DNA of 64,000 nt from Syncephalis fuscata S228 (taxonomy: Eukaryota > Fungi > Zoopagomycota). The notes below the pieces were generated by a model, which saw nothing but the letters and a program-made list of their open reading frames with translations, was not told the DNA's origin and ran no database searches. The position numbers and the translations under genes were made by a program. Numbering within the stretch: position 1 is the stretch's first letter; each line of letters begins with the position of its first letter. The stretch is taken from NCBI GenBank assembly GCA_025786725.1, contig JAHLTZ010000007.1, forward strand, positions 758,625 to 822,624, given 5' to 3'. Positions 40,978-51,306 of the stretch are shown piece by piece.

Positions 40978-41640
40978 TCAGTTTTAATATACCTATATTA
41001 CAATAAATTATAATAGATTATTTGGTTATAAATAGTGTATTAGTTAATAAGTGTGCAACATATTGGCCAATATATTTGTAATACGCTTATTATAGATTTA
41101 TAATTTTACTAGTTTTATTTTATATGTATAATTGGCACAATAATTAAAATTTAGTTAGTTTATTGCTATTGTTCAAACAGATACTCAATAAATGGAATTG
41201 TTATCGTATTATTGGTGATTAAAACGTTATTTAAGCCAATTAAGCATGTGATACCTATTAAACTAATAATTAAATAAATTTAGTACACGCTCATTTATTG
41301 CTGGTGTTTCTTAAAAACCAAATTAAGTAATATAGTACAAAACATGTTGTTAGGTAATATTATGGCTCACTCATACAGATATATGGCAAATAATCACCCT
41401 TTTACTGCTGCTCATAGAAGAAGGCCGTGTAGATAGCAATGTCATTTCTTTTCTAAATTTATAATGTATTTGCCATTTTTATCAAATCATGGGCGACATT
41501 GCCATGATCTGCAAGTAGAGCCCGTGTTGAATTCAGTCACTGTTACATCGAGTTTTAGAACGGCGCCCCTTATTGATAGATTGGCGGATAACAATACGGC
41601 AAGTCACATCTCCACATCAACCTATTTATCAGGTCGAGCG

Positions 41641-42504
41641 ATGACCAGTATTGATTTGAATAGTGATGTGGATTTGGAAAGCGAGACTAGCGAAGAGACT
41701 GGCCAGTCTTCTGTTCTAGCGCTAATGGTATCATTTCTTTCCTTTTGGCTAGCTCGGCAATTTCAATATTTAGTCAACTGTGCAAAACAAGGTGAACCTA
41801 CCAGCAGAGGCGAGCAACATTTCTGTGTCCCTATGACCCGCTGGGAAGAACAATTACACGAAGAATATCGTCATAACATTTGTCTCCAAAAAAAACTATG
41901 CTACCTAGCATTAACGCTCACTTTTTCCCCATTATTTTTACTCTTACCAGTCGCGCAACCATTTTGGATTATTGCTATTGTTGATCTTGTTTTTCTTATG
42001 GGTGTATGGTCGGCCATCATCGTAAGTATAGTTGTTGTATTAAGCATAGCATCATTATACAGCCATTACCTTACACTGTAATCTAACGAATACTATTTTT
42101 GTATTTAATAGCGCTTGCAGCTAAAGCTGCAGCATATTGCACAGCAACGAAAACGTGCCCGTGCACTTCGTCATGTATTTCGTCGCTCCTCTCATTTAGC
42201 TCATCATGAGCCATCACGTCCATCTTGGATGGCCACGGAAATGACCACTCATAGTGATAGCCATGGCATGTATTATGATCGTAATTTGCGCAGTGTCCAA
42301 TTACATTTGCAGTCCGACGACTTGGAAGGCCTAGATCCTAATTCAGTTTCACCCGAACTGCTTATTCTACCGCCACCTGCTTATCTGGCCGCTACTCGAG
42401 AACCACCAGCCTATGCGCAAGAGTTGAGTAAGCCACCTATCTATGCGCTGACATCTGCAGCCATTGCACATGATGAGTGCACAAATCAGTCAGTGATTAT
42501 TTGA
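41641..42504 (+). CDS. Small membrane protein with C-terminal PY (PPxY) motifs, 2 exons
   Basis: Hydrophobic helices in exon 1, a GTAAGT..TAG intron near 42022-42111, and a tail containing PPPAY, PPAY and PPIY. Confidence 0.65.
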
Positions 42505-44173
42505 CCATCACCTTTATTTTTCAATATCAACATGTTAATAAAAACGATATATATAAAGATGTAATCTAGAGTATGTATGTTTACAAGTATTTTGTTTAAC
42601 ACTTAATAAAAGTTGCTGTTTATATGCTGAATTTAATGCTCAGCAGTTTAGTTGTAAATTATAATGGCTTAGCAATGTTAACAGCGTTCTATATGTTGGC
42701 AGTATGTTTTATAATAATGCATGTCTTTATTCGTTAATATTTATCTTTCTTACTGCATATTCTGTAATAATGAGTAGTTTTGGAAGTAAATAATTTTAGT
42801 CTTAATGCACTATTGCTTCACTTGTTGTTCTATGATGTATTGACATGTTGGGTAGATTGACTTTTATTATTTACACTCCATTTATTAATCAATTAAACTC
42901 GGCTGTTTATAAATATTGACTGACAGGGATCACATCTCACAATCTACGTCATCGCATTCCCCTTTCTCTTTCTTCACACTTGATATCATATATCCATAGC
43001 ATATACTTGTACACTTCATATATGCTAACTAGATAGTGTTAGTAGTTAAATGACTACTATTTAAATACAAATACTATTTACACTATGTACTTGCATTGCT
43101 CTTCCTTAATCTTACCTTTTGAGATTACCTTATTCACTCTGATTATTAGTATTGACACTTTATTGGTATAGTAAGTACACTTCTGGCTTATTTGTATGTT
43201 ATTTTAAGCATACGCTGTTAAATCTCGTTGTATGCTTTGTTTTTACTATGAATCGCATTTGCAAGTCATCTGGCAACAGCTTTACAATTCCACCAGTGGG
43301 AATGTGATGTGCTAATATAGAGACTGTACAGGCTGCTGTTAGTACGACTTGTAGTGACAAGATCTATAGTAAAATAAAGTATACAGTTGCTTTGACGGCA
43401 TATAGCCGCCATAGTCATTATGTACAGTTGCTGTATTAAAATGTAAATATAAATGAATAACCAAAGAAAGTCTATAATATTGACGATAGAATATATCATT
43501 TATTTATATGTTTATATAATTTAAGTTAAAATATACAAAGAAATAGTGATAGCAAACAACTTCTATTACTAAAATCTAGTTAATAAGAAATAGAAAACAA
43601 AGAGCAAACCGAATGGACAAAAGAAGCCACATGAATGATAATAATGAGACTATAGTGTATACAATTGATCAAGTGAAATGACTTGGGTAATAAAATGATA
43701 CGTATACTAGATAATAAATCTATAATAATTAATGCAAAAGATGAGAACAACAATACAATATGTTTGCGTTTAAAGTACAAAATAATAGAGTATTTGTTTA
43801 TGTTTGTTTAACCGATGTTAGCCAACATATTTATTAAATAGCATCATTAAAAGAACAAGGGACAAAGTATGGTTAGTGCTCAAAAGCACCATATTGTGGA
43901 TGTACTGAACCGTGGTTGTTTAAAAAAAAACAACCTTGGCCAGCCTCTGCATGTTTGTGCTATTCTGCTCTGGTCAGTGCAGAATGTACTTTTTTGGCTG
44001 GATCAAGGTGAGTGACAATACTTGTTATTGTTACAGGCAGCCCTTAAACTACTCTCTTTCTTTCTTGTATCAGTCCAACGTCTTTCTCTTAGCATTACTC
44101 GTTCTTTTCAGCCGTCTCGTTTCCTACTAGCCAACACTATTTGCGTACAATCATTAGCAGTCATCCTTATAGT

Positions 44174-45002
44174 ATGAGTCCGGAATTAGCCATTCCTCTT
44201 ATGCCACTGCGGAATTCATCACCTTATTCTGCAGCTGATGGTTCGCCAGCTGGCGCTAAAGCTGTTGCTAAGCCATTCGCCTCCCCGCTATCTTCTCTAC
44301 AAACACTCCGTAACGTTGTTACCTCACCTATCTACACGGCATTTTCTTACGCTTCATTCCTGACAAGTATCACACCTTCTCTAACTCCTCCACATTCTAT
44401 CCCACTAGCAATTGCCATGTTCATTTGCACCAAACCAATCGTAGTAACCATAACAATAGAAAATCTACATCCTATTTACTAAAGAATATTCTGGCTTCAT
44501 CTCCATCTATAACAACGAATACTTTATCTCCATCTAACATATCGAACCATCATTTATTAACATGCATAATCGACTTTGAAACGTTAAAACCATTGCTTCC
44601 TACTGCGATATTAACTAGAATCTACACAACGCTGATGCACCATCAGCAACGCAGGAACGGGGCACCGACTAAAACAAAGCATTCACGATCCATGTCGAAA
44701 TATGACTGCGAGTTAACGGCTTCTTGTATGTCACGCACGACCACGCCATCAGTCGTTGATTCTTCTGTGCCTTTATCATCGGCTAGCACTAGGACAATAG
44801 TGCCAGTATCTAGTAAAAGTGCTATAAGCTTTAAACATCATTTGTGGGCCAGCTAGTGAAGAATAGAAAGGTTAATCCAGTGGTAGGGATTAATGCAACT
44901 ACAGTGCAAAGTAATATAACAACAGGTACGATGAATACAGATGTCAGTTTAGTGCCTACATCATCATCAATAGTGAGCCGATTAAAAACGACGCTCAAAT
45001 AG
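44174..45002 (+). CDS. Possible low-complexity Ser/Thr/Pro-rich orphan protein (frameshifted); may be non-coding
   Basis: Overlapping ORFs 44141-44482 and 44425-44856 plus a further open segment to TAG 45002; no recognisable domain. Confidence 0.3.
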
Positions 45003-45128
45003 ATGTTAAATTCATATTGGGCATCGTATTATTTTATTGTTTGCTTTGTATTATTATATAAATAACCAATTCATTATATTAAATAGTTGCCATAATTAGT
45101 GTTATTATGATACATAAATTTATTTGGT

Positions 45129-46814
45129 TTAAGTAAATGTCCATTCACCGCAATCCTCGCACACTTGGCTTTCCACACCACATTCTACTGGAATGGAGAA
45201 TGGCGCCTTGCTGTCATCGCTAGTAGCCCATGGTATAAAAATGTCTCTAATGACAACAGGGGCGCGATGGTATTTAACTGCCGGTAGCCATCCCAGTCCT
45301 TGGACAGTGTCGAATAAACAGCGTTTACCAAGATGGCACCGTGTCTGCATTGTATAGCCAGCCCATTGGCAAAGTGAATTTACTCCAGTGCTTTATAAAA
45401 TAGATATTAGTTAAATCAGTAATCAAACGGTTTTCAACATACCAAGTTCCCATAAAGATTGGATCAGCATTGTGTCCAAAATGCCAAATTGGCAATTGAG
45501 ACCTATCAGTATTACGATCACGTAATACATCTAATAAGCCCAATCGTTTAGCAAATAATGCTTCACCAGGTGCTTCAAAGGCAAATGCCATTATTTCAGT
45601 GTCCATTTCTTCTTTTTCTTCACTGGTACGTGTATTCAAGGTGGTAGTTACCAAAGTTGTAGCCACTAGCGAGGCAATAGCACCGCCTAGCGAATGTCCA
45701 ACGAGTAAAACCTGATGTTCTGGGTGAGCCTCACGAATATGCTCGTAAATATCCTATGTTTGCGCAAATAGTTAATTGCTTGACTAATTACTAGTCAGTA
45801 GCACATACCATAGCTGCGCTATAATAAGAGCCACGGAAATGAGAGGCAGCAGTGACACATTGTTCATTACATTGCAATTTTCCTTGCTGACAGCCGCAAT
45901 AAGGCCGAGAAAGAATGCCACGACGGCCACAACAGCAGGAAAACATTAGATTATCCTGTATCATGGTGTATATAACGATATAACTATTAGACAAAATCAC
46001 TTTTCCTTAAAACAATACTTACGTTTATTTTATCCTGGCCACCAGTAGATTTCTCACTTTTGCTATTGTGATTAAAAAAAGGAAGGCTTGTTCCCTTGAA
46101 CGAAACAACAAGTGTTGAGGAATCATCTGATTCAAATACGTGGGCTCGTAGTCCATTGCCTGTCCAGCCATAGGACTGATGTCGACGCCATCCGTCTAGA
46201 TCTTCCCATTCTTCTGGATCATCATTATCATCGTCGTCATCATTGTCTTGATTGATTGGAAGAGAATTACTCTTTGGCGGCCCCCAATAAGCGTACATAC
46301 TCATTCGAGATAACATAAGAACTGTATTGTGATTAACGCTTAATTGGTTGCTGAAAGGCTTAGCAGCATTCATATGAGCACTATTATCCTCAAGCCATAG
46401 GAATGGACCCAGCTCGTCACCGGCCGCATCTTTATACCTATCGTCAAAGTCATGCCTAGAAGACGTATAAGTGTCCCGCGGATGAGTCATATGCTGTTCT
46501 GCAGATGCTAAATCTCGATAGAAAACACGCCCTTGATAGTGCTGGTTGGACAAGGCAGATATCTCATTGTAGTCCTGCTGATAGATGCGTTTTAATCGAA
46601 AATACTGATTTTCTGCTGCCAACGGCGTCGTAGACTCGAGTTTGGCCGCTATACGTTCTCTGGCTTGTTCGACACTTGTCCACGAATTTGCTGAATTGGT
46701 ATTGTGGTTGGAGAAAAGGCTGATCAAATGATGCTGGACACTTGACATCCCCTGGTCTACCAATTGTCCCAGTATAAGTGCCACACCTAGCACAGAGTAG
46801 GTGGAGTAATACAT
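45129..46814 (-). CDS. ATG15: Atg15-like autophagy lipase, multi-exon
   Basis: GWTGNGLRAHVF..VVSFKGTS, DKIN|DNLMFSCCC, GHSLGG, FEAPGE, WHFGHNADPIFMGTC..GYTMQTRCHLG and a terminal CxxW motif. Confidence 0.93.
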
Positions 46815-47294
46815 GGCAGATAAGAGCGAATAAAGAAAAAACTAGTTACTAATAGTATGAAAGATAGTGAGTATGATACGCAAGCTGTAATGTGGATGTG
46901 ACTGGGAATAATGGGGAGAATAAAGCATGTGTACAGTAAAAAGATCCCCACTAATCTATGATAAAAACCAGATGATGATACCGAATGGATCATGTGATAT
47001 GCGGTGTTCCAACGTCTTAGCTCCCTTCTATGCACATAAAGCTACTGCATTTTGACTCCTACATTTTTATTTATCTATTTCATTACTATAACATGTATAA
47101 TATTACATCCAACATTAATTGATTCATGTGTAATTAGCAATACAATAATGTGATTAATTAGTTATTTTTATTATTGCTTTAACATCTATACATTGTCATT
47201 ATGATATTAATTGTTCAAATGCCATTTATTTAGTCAGATTGGCTATAGGAAAAGTGGCTGTTTAATAAACAACATTTATACTAATTATATTAAT

Positions 47295-47641
47295 ACTGAT
47301 CTTACATCACAAATATGCCCAGAATGCAACAGTAGAATATTAGAAAAACAGAAGAAATCGTTTAGATGCAATAGCCCATACTGTACATAGATTCAATAAC
47401 AACAAACGTGGAATGACATGGAATTGTAATTATATGTCTTCTATTAACATTCAATCAATTTTTTATATATGATCAACAACAATAATGATCGGCCTCGTGA
47501 ATTTAAAGAAATCAAGTAAAAATATTATAACTATGTTGTTGTACATAACAGTACGACCTCAATTGGAATGAATTTTGCTTTGAGGACTCAAAATGTGGGA
47601 GTCAAAGTACAATTTTACCATAGATAATAATAGTGATGGTA
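47295..47641 (+). mobile_element. Decayed Fanzor/TnpB-family nuclease C-terminus plus structured downstream segment (transposon relic)
   Basis: Two frameshifts restore LTSQICPECNSRILEKQKKSFRCNSPYC/HRFNNNKRGMTWNCNYMSSINIQSIF/YMINNNNDRPREFKEIK*, matching TSxxCxxC..C..C..WNRDxxAxxNI..RP of Fanzor1/TnpB. Confidence 0.7.
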
Positions 47642-48406
47642 GCACCAAGTGGAATGATATGACGTATTACACTTATTTCTTGTGTATTGATTTATCAAAA
47701 CTGCATATCCTCCTCGATTGTTGTTGTTTTTTATTAGATTCTGAAAAGAGTCGTTCATCCAGCCTTATTTGTTAGTAATAATGCTTTATTTATTATTATT
47801 ATTATACTACTATTGTTATTATTATATACATATTTTTTAATCTTTATTAAAATTGTACCACAACCTTAGGCGGTGGAAAATCCATTAGAAGTGATGTGAA
47901 TCAGTGAAAGCACATTGATGTTCTACTCATCTACGCACGAACCTGTTGTTCTCCAATCATCAACATTACATGTGACTGCAACCAAAGTTGTTTTGTATTT
48001 TTACGTCAGTTTTCTGTTCTCTTGTTCGCTCGGCGTATACAATGTACAACCATGTATGTGTACACGTATGCATACAGTTTTTGAAGTTTATGCAGTAAAG
48101 TGAACAGCTGATCCTACTGATATTGCTGCAACTAATAAAACTACAGTAGCGATAATAGCTATATGTAACATTGTATCAACAATATTGTTTAGAATGCCAT
48201 CAGAATTCTGATGTTTATAAATGTCAGATGCAGTAACTTGCTGCATTGTTTTGCTAATTGAGTGGCTTGGTATTGTTAAGGATGACTAAATAGCTGCGTG
48301 TAACAGGCCAAAGGCATCTTACGGGAACTCATTGGATCCAAGTCGACAGTCATAATACTGGATTGATCTGTTATGGATAACAAGTAAACGTATACCACTA
48401 GGCATC

Positions 48407-48414
48407 TATATAAA
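48407..48414 (+). promoter_or_regulatory. TATA box of the secreted hexosaminidase gene
   Basis: TATATAAA about 200 nt upstream of ATG 48608. Confidence 0.5.
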
Positions 48415-48607
48415 CCACTCGATCAATTGCACATCTTTACTGGTTGGTTTATTGCGTCGCTAACTCCATTTACTCCTTTCTATTGAGCTGCTTTCTTTAG
48501 CACTAGTTGTTAATACATCTGCATAACATTGATCTCACTCCTTTCTTTTATCTTTTTTTGTAGCTGTTTCACTACTTCTACTACGACTATTGAACAACAA
48601 TATCGCT

Positions 48608-50377
48608 ATGCGTATCTACAACTATTCTGTACTGGTAGCCAGTATTGTACTGGCCATAGCTGCTGTTAATACTGTAGCAGCAGCCGATAATCCTGCGCCA
48701 GCAGCGGGTACTACTGCGCCGGCTAATTCCACCACAACAACGACAGCAACCGGCACCAACCGTGTTGTTGGTAACATCTGGCCTATACCTTACAAGTATA
48801 CGACGGGTACAAAGACATTCAGTATTGCAGCCAATTTCCGTTTTGATTGTCAGGGGCCTTATGGCGAAGGTATGAAGCTATTGGGACTTGCCTGCGATCG
48901 CTATCAAAAGTATATCGCACAACCTGACGGACTGCTGCCGGAAGCAAGAACTCGTGAAGCGCCAGCTGGCGAAATTGCTACGGCAAAGGTTGTTGTAACC
49001 AAGCCTGATACGCAGCTCGACGACAAGACTGACGAATCCTACACAATATCCGTAAGCGATGCCGGTGTGACGACCATTACAGCAAATACAGTCTATGGCG
49101 CCATGCATGGACTTGAATCCTTCACACAGCTGGTCCGTCGAATGGGTAAAGATGGCAATAATGAGCGCTATTTACCTGGCGTTCCATTAAATATCGAAGA
49201 TCGACCAGCATTTGCACATCGTGGTGTTTTACTCGATACAGCGCGTACCTATTTCCCAGTCAGTGACATTCTACGCCAAATAGATGCTATGGCCGTGTCC
49301 AAGCTCAACGTATTCCACTGGCACATCGTTGATTCACAAAGCTTCCCGCTTGTCAGCGAGGTCCTCCCACTATTGTCGCAAAGGGGTGCGTACAGCCCAC
49401 AAATGGTCTACACAAAGCAGGACGTACAGCACATCGTTCAGTATGCACGCGAACGTGGTATTCGTGTTATTCCAGAATTTGATACACCAGGCCACACTTA
49501 CGCGTGGGGACTTGCCTATCCAGATCTTATTGTTTGCCCGAACCAGCAACCAAACTGGATGGATGTTGCAGCCGAACCACCAAGCGGCCAACTCGATCCA
49601 ACGAAGCCTGAATCATTGAAACTTGTCTCCACGTTGCTTAAGGAACAAGCAAAATGGTTCCCAGATCCCTTTGTCCACATTGGCGGCGATGAAGTCAACC
49701 AGAAATGCTATACGAACGAGCCACACATTGCCGACTATTTACAAAAGAATAATATGAACGCGGCTCAGCTGATTGGCAAGTTTGCACAGGAATTGCACAC
49801 AGCTGTACGCAGCAACAACAAGACACCGGTAACGTGGGAGGAAGCCGTGCTCGAATACAATGTCCAGGTGGATAAAAATACGATCGTTCAGGTGTGGACG
49901 AATCCAGCGCACGTCAAGGAAGTCGTGGCCAAAGGTCTTCGAGTTATTACGTCGCCAGCCGAGCCGTGGTATCTTGATTGCGGCCAGGGAGGCTGGATTA
50001 ACACGGCCAAAGGTGGCAATTCGTGGTGCGATCCATACAAGACGTGGCAGCACGTTTACAATTACGACCCATTGAATGGACTGGCAAGCTCAGGTAATAC
50101 CGACGCTTCACATCCAAACGTACTAGGCGGCGAAGTAGCCATGTGGACTGAGAAGGTCGACCCACTTATTCTCGATATGCGTCTCTGGCCCCGTGCAGCC
50201 GCAGCCGGCGAAGTGCTATGGAGTAACCGACGTGACGCTAATGGGCAAGAACGCACGACAAAGGATGCTTTGCCGCGTATTTACAAATTGCGCCGTCGAT
50301 TGGCTCAAATGGGTCTGCGCCCCGAGCCGATCAATATGCTGTGGTGCGAATTACATCCAGGTGGCTGTGAAATGTAA
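48608..50377 (+). CDS. Secreted GH20 beta-N-acetylhexosaminidase (fungal Hex/Nag type), intronless
   Basis: Signal peptide, IWPIP, DESYT, IEDRPAFAHRGVLLDTARTY, FHWHIVDSQSFP, PEFDTPGH, catalytic HIGGDEV, YLDCG and LWPRAAAAGE motifs. Confidence 0.97.
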   Translation: MRIYNYSVLVASIVLAIAAVNTVAAADNPAPAAGTTAPANSTTTTTATGTNRVVGNIWPIPYKYTTGTKTFSIAANFRFDCQGPYGEGMKLLGLACDRYQKYIAQPDGLLPEARTREAPAGEIATAKVVVTKPDTQLDDKTDESYTISVSDAGVTTITANTVYGAMHGLESFTQLVRRMGKDGNNERYLPGVPLNIEDRPAFAHRGVLLDTARTYFPVSDILRQIDAMAVSKLNVFHWHIVDSQSFPLVSEVLPLLSQRGAYSPQMVYTKQDVQHIVQYARERGIRVIPEFDTPGHTYAWGLAYPDLIVCPNQQPNWMDVAAEPPSGQLDPTKPESLKLVSTLLKEQAKWFPDPFVHIGGDEVNQKCYTNEPHIADYLQKNNMNAAQLIGKFAQELHTAVRSNNKTPVTWEEAVLEYNVQVDKNTIVQVWTNPAHVKEVVAKGLRVITSPAEPWYLDCGQGGWINTAKGGNSWCDPYKTWQHVYNYDPLNGLASSGNTDASHPNVLGGEVAMWTEKVDPLILDMRLWPRAAAAGEVLWSNRRDANGQERTTKDALPRIYKLRRRLAQMGLRPEPINMLWCELHPGGCEM

Positions 50378-51269
50378 TCATTGTTCATACTGCCATTATT
50401 GCCGACAATACTATTCCCGTTCATTGTTATGCGTGTAGTCTTTGTTTACTGTGTTCACATCTGAAACGTGTACATATCTACGCGTACGCATGCCTACCAT
50501 CACCACTGCTATATGTCTATGACCCTTTTCTTTTCCTTATCTCCATTGTTATTTGACGATGGCAGCTATGCCACTACTACCGCGCCACAGTCTCAAATGC
50601 ATTAATATTCTACAAACTGTTTTATGTACATGTGCCTGTCTTGTGTTTCTGTAAACTATTTATTTCATATGCGTGTGTCCATATGTTTTAAAAGCAGCTC
50701 ACTGTAGCCACCAGCCAACCAACCACTAGACTAGTATGCTGGCACTGCTATGCTATTAATAATGATACTAATAATGACACAAATCGGCGATGATCAAACT
50801 AATTAAAATATCTAGCTAAAAAATGAATATTTTTAGTACCCCGCTGTGAACAAGTACGCATTGTTGTTCTTTTAGCGGTACTCGATTTTTTTCGTGTACA
50901 ACCGTTAATTTCCTGATTAGGCCTTTTTTCATTCTAATTATATTCAATTATTATTAATGACTTCCTAATTAGGCAGCCAATTAGTATGCTGATTGGACAA
51001 CAAGTCTTTCCTTATTGTTTTGTCCAAACGAGGAATCTGCACGTCTGTGTTTGTGTTTCATTGTCCAGTTTTGATATGCCATTCCTCCACCTATTCTTCT
51101 ATCTTTTCTTTCATGAATGACGACCCTTTCGTTAGCACTTGAGCGGGGAGCGTTGTTTGTCAGCTAAAAGAGAACAATACAAGCCGTCGACCGCCATTGG
51201 TGCTGTTATCGTTGCTATTCCTTTAATTGAGTAATTGTTTGTTTGCGTGCGTTCATTCATCTCTTACTC

Positions 51270-51306
51270 TGTCTGTGTCTGTGTGTCTGTGTGTGTGCGT
51301 GAGTGT
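51270..51306. repeat. Imperfect (TG)n microsatellite
   Basis: Directly visible. Confidence 0.8.

Noticed and set aside
42924-42936. CAGGGATCA resembling U3 snoRNA box A
   Set aside because: No boxes B, C or D, and no further U3 similarity.
45325-45450. Apparent frameshift in ATG15
   Set aside because: Explained by a GTATGT..AAG intron that restores FMGTCTGVNSLCQWAGYTMQTRCH.
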